NCBI RefSeq assembly: GCF_964213995.1
Contig: NC_135830.1
Coordinates: forward strand, 13,082,001 to 13,146,000
Source: Mustelus asterias
Lineage: Eukaryota
Direction: 5' to 3'
Length of the DNA stretch: 64,000 nucleotides
Made by a program: the position numbers and the translations under genes. This document shows positions 36,024 to 50,548 of the stretch, in pieces; within the stretch, counting starts at the first letter, position 1; the number at the start of each line of letters is the position of its first letter. The notes under the pieces are model-generated. The model ran no database searches, had not been told where the DNA came from, and saw nothing but the letters and a program-made list of their open reading frames with translations.

Positions 36024-37704
36024 TCACACATGAAGTCGTCTATGTTTCAGCAGGCTGTAATACTGAGTAAATCCCTTCCCACACATGGAGCAGTTGAAAG
36101 GTTTTGCCCCAGTGTGAACTCGCTGGTGTCTCTGCAGGCGGGATGGATCAGTGAATCCCTTCCCACACACAGAGCAGGTGAATGGTTCTGTCGCAGTGTG
36201 AACTCGCTGGTGTCTCTGCAGGTTGGATACCTGAGTGTATCCCTTCCCACACACAGAGCAGGTGAACGGCTTCTCCCCGGTGTGAACTCGCTGGTGTGTC
36301 TGCAGGCGGGATGGATCAGTGAATCCCTTCCCACACAGGGAGCAGGTGAACGGTTCTGTCGCAGTGTGAACTCGCTGGTGTCTCTGCAGGCTGGATACCT
36401 GAGTGTATCCCTTCCCACACACAGAGCAGGTGAACGGCTTCTCCCCGGTGTGAACTCGCTGGTGTGTCTGCAGGCGGGATGGATCAGTGAATCCCTTCCC
36501 ACACACAGAGCAGGTGAACGGCCTGTCCCCTGTGTGAATGTATTGGTGTCTCAGCAGGCCAGACGACTGAGTGAATCTCTTGCCACAAATGGAGCAAGAG
36601 AATGGCTTCTCCCCTGTGTGAGTGCGGCGGTGTGTCCGGAGGCTGGATGACTCGGTGAAAGCCTTCCCACACTCGGAGCAGATGAACGCCCTCTCCCCGG
36701 TGTGAACAGGCCGATGTTTCAGCAGGTGTTGTGAAGAAGCAAATGCTTTCCCGCACACAGGGCAAGCGTAAGGCCTCTCCCCTGTGTGAACACGCTCGTG
36801 CATCACAAGCTGGGATGAACAAGGAAACATCTTCCCACACACGGAGCAGAGGAATGGCCTCTCCCCAGTGTGAACTCGCCGGTGCCTCAGAAGATAGTGA
36901 GACCGAGTGAATTCCTTCCCACACACCGAGCAGGTGAACAGCTTCTCCCCAGTGTGAACTTGCTGGTGTGTCAGCTGGTCAGTTGATTGAACTTCTTCCT
37001 TTCTACACATTGAGGAGGTGAATGGTTTCCCTCCAGTGTGAATACTCTTGTGTGTCAAAAGGTGTGAAAATCGAGGGAATCTCTCCCACACAGGGAGCAG
37101 AGGAATGGCCTCTCCCCAGTGTGAACTCGCTTGTGTGTCAGAAGATGAGATGAATGAGCGAATCTCTTCCCACAAACAGAACAGGGGTACGGCTTCTCCC
37201 CGGTGTGAGTGCCCTGGTGTCTCAGCAGACTAATCCTTCTTTTGAAGGTCTTCTCACATTTAAAACATTTAAAATGTCTCTTCTGAGAATGAACCAGTTG
37301 GTGAACGGTGCAGTGGGAGGACTGAGTGAATCTCTTCACACACTGGGAGCAGCTGAATGGCCTGTCCTTGGTGTGAACTTGTTGGTGCTCAGTGAGGTGC
37401 ACTGAGTCACTGAATGACTCTCCACAATGAGTGCAGCTGAACGGTCTCTCGTGTGTGTGAAGGAGCTGGTGCTCTGCAAGGCGGGAGGACTGGCTGAACC
37501 TCTTCCCGCAGTGGGAGCAGCTGAACGGTCTCTTGTCAGTGTGAAGGAGCTGGTGTTGGGCCTGTTCCTCAGGCGTCTCAACGCTGTCCCCAGAGTCAGA
37601 GCTTTGAAGAGGCTTCTCATCAATGTGATCGAGTTGGTGAGCCAGCAGGTTGGACGAACACATGAATTTCTTCCCACACACGGAGCAGGTGAATGAACTC
37701 TCAC
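36024..37704 (-). pseudogene. C2H2 zinc-finger gene, ~20 fingers, one frameshift near 37085
   Basis: ORFs 37055-37681 and 36024-37175 are consecutive finger arrays joined by a 1-nt deletion in CSLCG(K)RF. Acceptor TTTTGCAG at ~37913. Confidence 0.9.
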
Positions 37705-39446
37705 TATTGCGAGCTCGCTGTCATGTCAGCATGTTTACCAGCTGATCAATCCCTTCCCACAGGAGGAGCAGATGAACGGATTCTCACCAGCTTCCTGCTG
37801 AGATGGTCAATTAAATCCCTTCAGATGCACAAATTTTCAGATCCCGATGAACCGATTGACTGTCAGACGTGAGATTCGATCATCCAGACTGCAGATCCTT
37901 CTCTTCAATTTCCTGCAAAATCAGTTTACAAAGAATTACATGGATGGCACAGTGGTTAGTACTCCTGCCTCACAGCACCAGGGACCTGGGTTCGATTGTA
38001 GCCTTGGTTACCTGTCTGTATGGAGTTTGCGCATTCTCCTCGTGTCTGTGTGGGTTTCCTCCGGGTGCTCCAGTTTCCTCCCACTCTCCAAAGATGTTCG
38101 GGTTAGGTCGTTGCCCCTTTCTGTCCCAAGATGTGTAGGTTAGGGAGATTAGCGGGGTAAATATGTGGGGTTACGGGAATAGCCTGGGTGGGGTGGTCTG
38201 AAAGGCCTCCTTCTGCACTGTAGAAATTCTATGAATACATGAGATACACAAAACACAAACAGGCCAGTCTATTTTTTAAATTCATTTTTAACGGGGTGTG
38301 GGCGTCGCCGACTGGGACAGCATTTATTGCCCATCCCCAACTGCCCTCCATTTCACAGGGCATTTGAGAGTCAACCACATTGCTGTGGGTTACATGTAGG
38401 CCAGACCAGTTAAGGCCGGCAGATTTCCATCCTTAAAGGACATCAGTGAACCAGGTGGGTTTTTACGACAATCAACAATGGTTTCATGGTCATCATCAGA
38501 CTTTTAATTGAATTTAAATTTCACCATCTGCTGTGGTGGGATTCGAACCTCGGTCCCCAGAACATTATCCTGGGTCTCTGGATTGCTAGTCCAGTGATAG
38601 TTCCACTGTGCCACTGCTTCCGCCGCCACCCTCCCACCCCTGCCCTGATCTGTACTGGAATTTCTAATCCACACAAATCTCCTCTCATTCTGCTCACCTC
38701 AACTCAGCTTTTCAGCTCAACTTTTTAATCCCTTTTCTCTCATGTTCTCATCTGGTTTCCTTTTTAAAGCATCTAAAGTATTTGTCTCAACCACTTCCAG
38801 TCGCAGTGAGTTCCATATTCTAACAACTGTCCGAAGAAATAAATATCTCCTCCTGTTGATTTATTCGTCTCTGTTGTCTGTTCATGGTTCCCAGTATTAG
38901 AAACACCAACAAGTGGAAACATTCCATTCACATCTACCTACTTATCCCATTCAGAAAGCCTATATCAGAAGAGACAACATTTTTCTCTTGGTTTGAGCTT
39001 GTTGTGTGTAAATCCTCCCTTTCTCACCCCCTGTTTAAGAAAAAGTATCCAAAATCCATCACGATAGAAAATCGCAATATTGTCTCAGGTACAAGTAATT
39101 CAAAAAGCTATTATTTATTATGAGGGGAATTGAGTAAAAGCAGGGAAGTTATGTTTCAGTTGCACAGGGCATTGGTTAGACATATCTGGAGCAGTGTGTA
39201 CATTATTGGTTTCCTTATTTAAGAAAGAATATGAGTGCATATTATTCCTTAACTGCTTTATGAGAAGCAGTTCATAGAAGGTTTAGTAGATTAATACTTG
39301 GAATAGGTGGATTGTCTGATGAGGAGCAGTGAGACAGTCTCTGCTTGAGTTTAGCTTCTGCTCGACTTCAAAAGAGTAAGAGGCAACTTAATTTAAACCT
39401 TCAAGATTCTGAAAACTCTTGACAGGGTGGATATGGAGAGAAGGGT

Positions 39447-39682
39447 TAAAGCAAATTACTGCGGATGCTGGAATCTGAAACCAAAAGAGAAAATGCTGGA
39501 AAATCTCAGGAGGTCTGGCAGCATCTGTGAGGAGAGAAAAGAGCTGAAGCTTCGAGTCCAGATGACCAGATGACCTTTCGTCAAAGCATAAAAAAGGCAT
39601 AGAAAGTGGGAGATATTTACACTGTGAGGGAATGAAAGATGGGTCCAAGCCACAGGAACCAGGGGAAAGGATGCTAATGGCA
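39447..39682 (-). mobile_element. Penelope-like terminal fragment (second family)
   Basis: Terminal sequence AAAGCAAATTACTGCGGATGCTGGAATCTGAAA… on the plus strand, with a decayed hammerhead-like TTGACGAAAGGTCATC…ACTCGAAGC on the minus strand. Confidence 0.5.
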
Positions 39683-42600
39683 ATTTCTCTCCTGGACTGA
39701 CAGGGATGGACTTTGGAAACTCCTTTTACAGGGAGTTAGAAGGGGAGGATTTACACACAGAAAACTCAACCCAAGAGAAATGTTTCTCGCTTAATTTCTA
39801 TTCTTGACTGACAGTGATGATCTTTTTTACAGGAAATTTGACGACAAAATTTAAGGGAAACTCAAACCAGACATCAGATCAAAACCTGACAGAGTCACTC
39901 CATTCATCAGAACCTGATTGTAAGTGTGTCTGTAGAAAAAGATTCAAACATCTGTGTGGCTGGAAACAGGGAACGATAATGTCATGGAAGGATTTGCAAA
40001 AAAAGAATGCAATTTTTTCAATTGAATTGTTTTAAAGTTTATTTAATAGTGTCACATTAGCTGAGCTCACATTAACACTGCAATGAAGTTGCTGTGAAAT
40101 TGCCCCAGTTGCCACACTCCGGCGCTTGTTCGGGTCAATGCACCGAACCAGGAAGCCTTTCTGACTGGGAGGAAACCCATGCAGACCTGGGGAGAATGTG
40201 CAGACTCCACACAGACAGTCACCCAAGCCATGAATTGAATCCAGGTCTCTGGCACTGTGAGGCAGCAGTGCTTACCACTGCAGCCCCATGGTAAGGACAT
40301 GGTTATGGGTGTGTGGGACTTGATGCAGAGGACAGGGGTTTACATACACCAAAGTTTTTCATGGATTAAATGAGGGACGCTGACAGTCAAGTCTAAAGAA
40401 AATAAAGGAATGAATGGAAGTTCTAGAAACATCAGCTGAGACAGGGATTTAGCGAAACTCAAGTTGGTAATGAATAGATGAGGCTGTCCGGTCAAGTCAG
40501 GAGGAATGCATGAAATTTTCAGAAACAATACTAAAACAGGGCCAGGGTGAGCCATGTTAGGGGGATATGTTATCTACAGGAGGGGGCGGAAGGTAACTTA
40601 TTCCACATTGATTTCTCATCTCACATCTGTCTGTGACCAGAAAGATGCCTTTGATTTGATTCGTCCTTTATAAGCAGTGGCATACTACCCAATACTTCAA
40701 GGCTTACTCCTGCTCGTAATTCATATATCCGTATATATGTTCACTAATGTCCTTTAGGAAAGGAAATGGGTACGATGGCTATAGAGGGATATGGGTCAAA
40801 TGCGGGCAATTGGGACTAGCTTAGGGGTTTAAAAAAAGGGGTGGCATGGACAAGTTGGGCCGAAGGGCCTGTTTCCTTGCTGTAAACCTCTGTGACTCTA
40901 AGTGAGAATTAACTTTAGTTTACTCACAGACACTCCAAATGTGGTAACTCAATGTTGCGCCATTTGATTTGATTTATTATTGTCACTCAAAGTTTATTTA
41001 TTAGTCACAAGTAGGCTTACGTTCAGACTGCGATGAAGGTACTGTGAAAATCCCCTCGTCGCCACACTCTGGCACCTGTTCAGAGGGAGAATTTTAGCAT
41101 GGCCAATTAACCTCACCTGCACATCTTGGGAGTGTGGGAGGAAATCAGAGCATCCGGAAGAAACCCACGCAGACACAGGGAGAACATGCAAACTCCACAC
41201 AGACAGTGAGCCAAGCCGGGAATCGAATCTGGGTCCCTAGTGCTGTGAGGCAGCAGTGCAACCACTGTGCCACCATGCATTAGTATGAAGTGAAAAGTAT
41301 TGTTTCTTGCATACCATAGATAGAGGAAGAAAGGAGAGAGTGCAGAATGTTGTGTTACAGTCAGAGCTAGGGTGTAGAGAAAGATAAACTTAATGAAAGG
41401 AGGCCCATTCAAAAGTCTGACAGCAGCAGGGAAGAAGCTGTTCTTGAGTCGATTGGCACGGGACCTCAGAGACTTTTGTATCTTTTTCCCGACGGAAGAA
41501 GTTGGAAGAGAGAATGTCGGTTGTGTGGGGTCATTGATTATACTGGCTGCTTTTCCGAGGTCGCGGTAAGTGTAGACAGAGTCAAGGGGTGGGAGGCTGG
41601 TTTGCGTGATGGACTAGGCTTCGGTCATGACCCATTGTAGTTTCTTGCGTTCTTGGACAGAGCAGGAGCCACGCCAAGCTGTGATACAACCAGAAAGAAT
41701 GCTTTCTATGGTGTATCTATAAAAGTTGGTGAAAATCATAACGGACATGCCAAATTTCCTTAGCCTCCTGAGAAAATAGAAGTGTTGGTGGGCTTTCTTA
41801 ATTGTAGCATTGGCTGGAGGGATCAGGACAGGTTGTTGGTATCTGGTCGCCTAGAAACTCAGCTCTCGACCATTTCCACTTCATCTCTGTTGATGTAGAC
41901 AGGGGCATGTTCTCCTTTACGATTTCTGAAGTCGATGACAATCTCCTTCATTTTGTTGACATTGAGGGAGAGATTATTGTCACCGCACCAGTTCACCAGA
42001 TTCTCTATCTCATTCCTGTACTCTGTCTCATCATTGTTTGAGAAATGACCCACTATGGTGATGTCATCAGCAAACATGAAAATAAGTTGGGGGGGAATTT
42101 GGCCACACAGTCATAGATGTATAAGGAGTATCGTAGGGGGCTGAGGACACAGCCTTGTTGGGCATCAGTGTTGAGGATGATCGTGGAGGAGGTGTTGTTG
42201 CCTATTCTTACTGATTGCAGTCTGTGTGTTAGGAACTCTTGGACCCAGTCATAGAGAGAGGAGCTAAGCCCCACGCCATGGAATTTGGAGATGCGTTTCA
42301 TAGGAATAATGGTGTTGAAGGCTGAACTGTAGTCAATAAATAGGAGTCTGAAATAGGTGCTTTGTTATCCAGCTGGTTCCAGGGTTGAGTGCAGGGCCAG
42401 GGAGATGGTGTCTGCTGTGGACCTGTTGCGGTGGTTGTGAACTGTAGTGGATCCAGGCAGTCTGGGAGGCCAGACTGATTTGTGCCATGACTAACCTTTC
42501 AAAGCACTTCATAATGATGGATGCATTCAGATATAGAAGATGGACAGAGAAAGGAAAGATTTACAGTGCAGAGATCACAGAGAACAATTGTGTTTCACAT

Positions 42601-43907
42601 GATCCAGAATCAAAATGTTGCTTCTGGGAGAGTGAGGTGTGAGTTTGTTTGTGTCTCCCAGATTGCTCCATTTGTTCAGGGGTCAGAGACACACACAGAT
42701 TCAGCTATTTCTCCCATTTTAATAATTTTAGAAATAGCTATGAGGATATCAATACATGTTTTCAAAGAAGTATGCAGTGTGAGGTCCCAGCCCCCTCACT
42801 GATGGAAACCCATTCTTGGAGATGGCACAGGTGTGTGGTTGGAAGGTCATCTCGAGGTGAGACACCGAGTAATGTTCTGGGAACCGAGAACCTACCACGG
42901 CAGGTGGTGGAATTTACATTAAATAAAAGTTTAAATTTGAAAGGCTAATGATGAGCAAAAAACCATTATTGATTATCATTAAAGCCCATTGGGTTCACGA
43001 GTGCTGTTTAGGGAAAAACAAATCTGCCATCTTCACCTGGTCTGGCCCACATGTATCTCCAGATCTGCAACGTGGTTGAATCTTAAATTCCCTCTGATAT
43101 GACACAGCAAGCCACTCAGTTATACCCAACTGGTACAAAGTTACTAAAAAGGTATGGAAATGGGCAGACCAGGCATGGGCCTTGGCACGGGAAACGGCCT
43201 TGTCGACCCTGCAAAGTCAGATTTAGAAAATAAATATTTGAACCTGGTTGTAAACAGCCTGCTTCAGCATCAGAGTGGGATGGTGTCAGTGTCCACGGGG
43301 TGGAGTTTGTAGCACGGACTGAAGACAATCCTTTCATGTTTCTCACTCTTTAAATGGAGGAAACTTCTAATCCAGGACAGGATCTCAGTCCAGTCGGGAT
43401 GCTGTGTGACTTTGAGGTGATGATGTTCACATTCACCTGTGAACCTGGTCTTTCTAAATGGTGGAGGTTGAGGGTTTGGGAGTTTCTATCTGGTTGTAGA
43501 TGTATCCTTTCCTTCACCTCTTCTCCTCCCACATCTCTTAATCCCGTCCATGTGCTGCCTCTTCACCTTGAAGCTCTGGTCTTGTATAGGTTCAGACTGG
43601 CTCAAAGGTTCCCTTCCCTGAAGGACATTAGTGAACCAGTTGGGTTTTTATGACAATCCATCAGTTTTCTTGGTCTCTTTTTCCCAGTGCCGGCCCCACA
43701 AATTCCCAGATTCATTCAGCTCCATTTCACAACCTGCCTTTGTGTTTTTGTGGGTTCTCTCTCACTCCCTTTTTTTCTTTTTTAAATCAATTTCACAGCA
43801 TATTCAAAGGTGAGGATTTGCAGTCAGAAAACTGAAACCAAACATCACATCAGGATCAGACAGAGTCGCCCAATTTATCGTAATATGCGTATCATTGGAT
43901 TTTGAAC

Positions 43908-44848
<941 letters not shown>

Positions 44849-46905
44849 TAGTATTCTGGATTTAAAATTTTTTTAAAATCAACTTTGTTTTAATTTTTGA
44901 ATGACTGCATCTTCATTTGGGAGGCTGGGATTATCCCCGTTTCGAGGGAACTAAGGAATAGACCATAATCCGTAGGAGCAGCATTCGGCCATTCAGCCTT
45001 CATTATAACAATGATCCCATTGTGATTCCTGCTGGTTGGGAAATGTGCGATATTAATGCCAGTCTGTCTTTCTTTAATTATCTTCAATCCCAGTCCTCTG
45101 GTTACTGACCCGCATCAGTGGAACAGTTTCTCCCGATCTGCTCTATCAAACCACCCGTCCCCACCCCCATAATCTTGAACAGATCCATGAAATCTCCATT
45201 TCAGCTTCTTTGTTCTAAAGGGAACACATTTGGGGGAGGCGATGCCTAATGGTATTATCGATAGACTATTAATCCAGAAACCCAGCTAATGTTCTGGGGA
45301 CCCGGATTCGAATCCACATTTTGAAAAAGATGAACAGTGTCTGTGGTTTACAGTGAGAGGAGATGATTGTCTGAACTCAGTCCCACAGCGAAAGCATCTG
45401 AACAGGTGGTGCAGCACATTTCCCAGGACATTGGAGCAGTAATGAATGAGGCCAGGATGACAGAGTCGAAACAACATTATATTCTTTATGCTTGAAACCT
45501 GTCTTAGAATTCTCTTCATTAACTGGACCATCAATGTGAGGGGAATTAGCATCTTCTGTAATTCCAGAACCAAGAGACACTGATTCCCCAGGGATGTTGT
45601 TCTGTAATTTACACTATCCCCCAGCAGGGCTCTTCACCCAGGCTGACAAGAGGCAGCTCAGTGTTCGTGATTTGTCATTGCTGCTGTTCCAGATGTTGTT
45701 CAATGTAGACTCAAGTTTAGAGAAAGGAGTGGAAATGGGTCATCAGAACTCTCACTGTCCCTGACGGGTAATGGTTACTTGAATTTCTCAAACATTGTGG
45801 TTTGTAAAGACACTGTTATTTCATCTCCAGTATTAGTCAGAATGGGCTGTATTCTCCACATGATAGGGCTGGAATTATCTGTGTGGGTGTGTGTCTATGA
45901 ATGAAGATGTCTGTCTGGGTGTGGGTGTGTGTCTATGTTTGCCCATATCTGCGTAAGAGACAGGGAGAGAGAGTGTGTTTGGATCTCTGTGTTTGGATAT
46001 CTTTATGTGCTGCTCCTTCTTAGGTGGTTTGTCTCAAAGGTTCCTCTCCGGGTGATTTGAGTAGAATCATTCAGAGATTCTTCATCCTGGGTGAATCCAC
46101 AGGCTGACCATGTGCTGTGTAAAACCTGACATCCACACCACCAGACTCCACTTTTCCTGGAACAACATCAAGTGTTTGCTGCTTTCCTGATCCTTCCTTT
46201 TCCCTCCCTTTTCAATTCTATCACTTCTCATGATTCTGAATTTCAGAGAGGACAGACTCATCCCACTGAATGTCCTCCAAGGACAACCGCCTCATCTCAG
46301 GAATCAGTCCAGTGAAATTTAGTTGCACAAAGACAGTGAGCAAATAGAACAAAGACCAAAAGAGGGAAATAGATAGAGACACAGACAGAGGCTGTTCGAG
46401 TGAAAGAGACTGAGCGAGAGTTACAGTCATAGTCATACAGTGCAGAAAACACCCTTCGACCCATGGAGTCTGCACCAACAATAGCTACCACTAAGCCCCA
46501 TGCTAATCCCATTTTCCAGCACTTGTCCCATATCCTTATCTGAATGCTATAATATTTCAAGTGCTCATCCAAATACTTTTTAAAGGTTGTTAAGTTTCCA
46601 GCCTCCACTACCTTCCCAGGCAGTTTATTACAGATTCCCACCACCCTCTGATTTTTCTCAACTCTCCTCTGAATCTCTTGCCTGGCCCCCTAAAACTACA
46701 TCCCCTCATGATTGACCTCTCAACCAAGGGTTCTACTCACCCGGTCCATATCCTTCATAATCTTATTCACCACAGTCATGTCCCCCTCAGCCTTCTCTGC
46801 TCTAAACACTCCAAACCAATCCAGTCTCCTTATAGCTCAAATGTTCCAGCCCAGGCAACATCCTGGTGAATCTCCTCTGTACCCCCTCCAGTGCAATCAC
46901 ATCCT

Positions 46906-47627
46906 GTGGGGGGGAGGTTTAACACAGATATCAGAAGGACATATTTCACACAGAGGATCGTGGGGGCCTGGAATGTGTTGCCGGGCAAGGTGGTGGAGGC
47001 GGACACACTGGGAACGTTTACGACTTATCTAGGCAGCTATATGAACGGAGTGGGAATGGAGAGATACAAAAGAGTGGTCTAGTTTGGACCCGGGAGCGGC
47101 GCGGGCTAATTGTTCCTTGTTTCTCGTTTCAAGGCTTCATTCTATGATCATCTTGCTGGTGCCAGTACAGAGCGAGACTGCGGATAGTTGGGAACCTGTC
47201 TCGGGGGCAGGGAATTCATATGGTGTTCGTGGAAGTGGAAATGACTATGGTTGGGAAGCATTTTCCGATCGGGGCCATTGTGATCTCCTGGACTCGTTTC
47301 GATCGCCTCAGGGGGTCGGAGAGGAATTTCCCAGATTTTTTTTCCCCATATTGGCCCTGGGGTTTTTCACTCTGGGTTTTCGCCTCTCCCTGGAGATCAC
47401 ATGGTCTGGAATGGGGGGGGGGGGGGTGGGGGTGAGTTAATAGGTTGTAATGAACAAAGCATCGTATCTGTGAGGGACAGCTCGGTGGATAGGATATTGG
47501 TATGTAGATAGGCTGGAAAATTGGGCGGGGATCCTGGATTCAGGATTCAATCCTGGACCGGGGAGCGGCGCGGGTTTGGAGGGCCGAAGGGCCTGTTCCT
47601 GTGCTGTATTGTTCTTTGTTCTTTGTT
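46906..47627 (+). mobile_element. CR1 3' end with extended 3' UTR, nested in an older antisense CR1 (46430-47910)
   Basis: GGRFNTDIRRTYFTQR..WN RT end, as in the 28807 copy, and a (GTTCTTT)n tail. The host CR1 sequence GCAATCACATCCT…CCTATAGTG.GGTGACCAGAAC is split around it. Confidence 0.85.
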
Positions 47628-48339
47628 CCTATAGTGAGGTGACCAGAACTGCGCACAGTACTCCAGCTGTGGCCTAACCAACATTCTGTACAGCTCCAAC
47701 ATTATCTCTTTGTTCTTATACTGTATGCCACGACTGATAAAAGCAAGTGTCTCATATGCCTCCTTATTCTATTCATCTGCTCTGCTACCTTAAGTGAATA
47801 AATACCCCAAGATCCATCTGCTCCTCTGATTTTACCTCGTGTCCTTCCATTCATTAATTATTTCTTTGTCTTGTTACTTCTTCCAAAGTGCATCACTTCA
47901 CACTTATCAAGGTTAAATAGCATATTTTTTTATTAATTTGTGGGACATGGGTGTTGCTCGCTGGCCATCCCTCATTGCCCTTGAGAAGGTGGTGGTGAGC
48001 TACCTTCTTAAATTGCTGCAGTATATGTGCTGTGGGTTTACCTACAATGCGGTTAGGGAGGGAATTCCAGGATTTTGACCCAGTGACTGTGAAGGAACGG
48101 TGAAATATTTCGAAATCTACCAGTGTTCTGCCCATGTGACCAACCCAACTATATCTTGTTGCAACCTACGACAGAGTGGGGTAGACTCTAAAAGGACCCT
48201 GGGTCTCTGGAATACTCGTCCAGTAACAATCCCACCACGCACATTGGGAGATGTATCAATTGGTTTAATAATTTTATATATTAACCCTCTAGTTCTGACC
48301 GTAATTGGATGACAAAATACAATTTTGTGTTGAAATTAT

Positions 48340-48650
48340 TTCCTTCCTATGGCGGTGCTCTTACCCAGCATTCGCAGCGAGAGAGAATGTGCCGCATTGT
48401 CACAACAGCAGCCGCTTGCGCAGGCGCAGTACCTGATTCCGAGTGGAGCATGCGCTCTGCGGATTCGGACTGGCCCATGCGCAATGTGGATGCTGGAGCT
48501 GCAGGGAGGCGGGGAAGTGGGTGCAGAGGCTTCAGAAACAGACCGGAAGGACACTTATACTCCAGCCAATCAGTGGGTGGGCTTTGTGACATTGGAGGTT
48601 GAGCTTCACACCGACTGAACCTTCTTCCTGTGTCCCACATCTGTGAGTAA
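48340..48650 (+). promoter_or_regulatory. Putative zinc-finger-gene-type promoter and first exon (orphan)
   Basis: CpG-rich. NRF1-like TGCGCAGGCGCA (~48417), GAGCATGCGC and CCCATGCGCA; AGCCAATCAG CCAAT box (~48563). Exon end TTGAGCTTCACACCGACTGAAC…CATCT/GTGAGTAAAAC (donor 48643) is homologous to 22765-22822. Confidence 0.65.
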
Positions 48651-48752
48651 AACAGTTTGTTTGTGTTGCAGATGGAGTTGGACTGGGGTGAACACAGTAA
48701 GAAGTCTCACAACACCAGGTTAAAGTCCAACAGGTTTGTTTGGTAGCAAATA

Positions 48753-48789
48753 CCATAAGCTTTCGGAGCGCTGCTCCTTCGTCAGATGG
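48753..48789 (-). ncRNA. Minimal hammerhead ribozyme motif (Penelope-associated)
   Basis: CCAT-CTGACGA-A-GGAGC-AGC-GCTCC-GAAA-GCTT-ATGG, with perfect stems I and II. Confidence 0.7.
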
Positions 48790-48969
48790 AGTGGAAATGT
48801 GCTCTCAAACAGTGCAAAGAGACACAAAATCAAGTTGCAGAATACTGATTAGAATGCGAATCCCTACAGCCAGCCAGGTCTTAAAGGTACAGACAATGTG
48901 CATGGAGGGAGCATTAAACACAGGTTAAAGAGATGTGTATTGTCTCCAGACAGAGGTTGTTCTGTCTGG

Positions 48970-49512
48970 AGACAATACAAAATATTGGTAAGGCCACAGT
49001 TGGAATACTTTGTGCAGTTCTGGTCTATTATAGGAAGGGTATTATTAATCTTGAAAGAGTGCAGAAAAGATTTACTCGGATGCTACCAGGACTTGATGGT
49101 TTAAATTATAATGAGTGGTTGGATAGATTGGGGCTTTTTATTTCTGGAGCGTAGGAGGCTGAGTGGTGATCTTACAGAGGTCTATAAAATAATGAGGGGC
49201 ACAGATCAGCTAGATAGTAAATATATTTTCCCAAAGGTAGGGGAGTCTGAAACTAGAGGGCATAAGATTAAGGTGAGAGGGGAGAGATATAAAGGGGTCC
49301 AGAGGGGTAATTCTTTCACACAGAGGGTGGTGAGTGTCTGGAACAAGCTGCCAGACAGTCTTTTCAAAAGTGCATAGAGAGTTAAATGGCTATCGAGGGT
49401 AATGGGCCAAACACGGGCAATTAGGACGAGCTTTGTCGTTAAAAAGGGCGGCATTGACTTGTTGGGCCGAAGGGCCTGTTTGCATGCTTATACCTCTGTG
49501 ACTCTATGACTC
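48970..49512 (+). mobile_element. CR1 LINE 3' fragment
   Basis: YKILVRPQLEY, LERVQKRFTRMLPGL and RRLSGDLTEVYKIM remnants, with an (ACTCTATG)n tail. Further CR1 ends at 22940-23500 (-), 39120-39445, 52856-53271, 57420-58150 and 58690-58825. Confidence 0.85.
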
Positions 49513-50542
49513 TATCTCACCTTCCTGATTCTCCCAGATACTGATTCCAGATGAGTCAGCCTCCGATTTAAATGGATGAAGGAGATATCATTATGCTATG
49601 TTGTCAAATGCGATTGGCTGAGCAACTTGTCAGGAATTATTATTGATGTATGTTGACTGAACGTAATTGATTCTGAAACTAATATGAGGTCGGAACGATC
49701 GGTACGAAAATGTATAATTGATCTGTTATTGATGGTACACGTTAGATGCATCGGAAAGATCCTGCCGCTCGGTTCCAGAGCGACTTAACCCTTTTGGTCA
49801 TCTCCAAGCAGCTGATAGTTCTGTTTTTGTTTTAAATAAATGTTCCGTCCTTACACAGAGATATCTGCCACGTGAGTTTTATATTGTCTGTAGTTAAATA
49901 CAGTATTGGTCATCTCAAATTATCCCATAGCACTCGCCTTAATTTGGAAATTTGTAATCTATTATGTGCTTATGTGAAATGCACCTCAGTCTCTTGGTTT
50001 CACCTCATGGTTTGCACCTCTGCTCTGTATGTGTTCTCTATCTAGCTTGTGGCATGTCTGCCTTGTAAGTATTCCATCGGACGAAATATAGAGAGATTCA
50101 CACTGTTGACCCACGCTGCAGCGACACTGATAGTTTTTTTAAGGGGCAGTGTAAAGGAAACTATCTTCTGCCACACACTGTCCTGCATCGGCCTCTGATG
50201 AAACAGAGCCTTTGCTTTTTAGAATTACCTGAAACTCGGTCAGTGGCAGACCAGTTTATGAGTGAAATCACCGAGGTTCTTCTCATTCTTCACTCGCTCT
50301 GTCTCTGGATTTTATCATAAAAAGGCAGAGATGAAGGTGTCTTTATACGGATTGGCCACTGGGTGGCGCAGTGACTCTTTCACTGAACGGCCTTGAGTTC
50401 AAACACATCCCGCACAGGACTGGGGGAACAGACATGTCTGGGAAAGAGGGGAAACCGTATAATATGGAATATGGGGCGGAGTTGATGGGCTTTGGAAAAC
50501 GGAATTAAGCCAAGCCAGAGATGGTTAAATTTTCATTCAATA

Positions 50543-50548
50543 TTTATT
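50543..50548 (-). terminator. Candidate polyadenylation signal for membrane IgM
   Basis: AATAAA on the minus strand ~450 nt after the TM2 stop, at the end of an AT-rich 3' UTR. Confidence 0.6.

Noticed and set aside
35880-36650. 256-aa repetitive plus-strand ORF
   Set aside because: It is the antisense shadow of the zinc-finger array. The same applies to alternative-frame ORFs within the ZNF, Tx1 and CR1 sequences.
49520-49901. Possible solo-LTR fragment (AATAAA then …ACA end); similar at 27951-28140
   Set aside because: No partner LTR, PBS or TSD in the window to support it.
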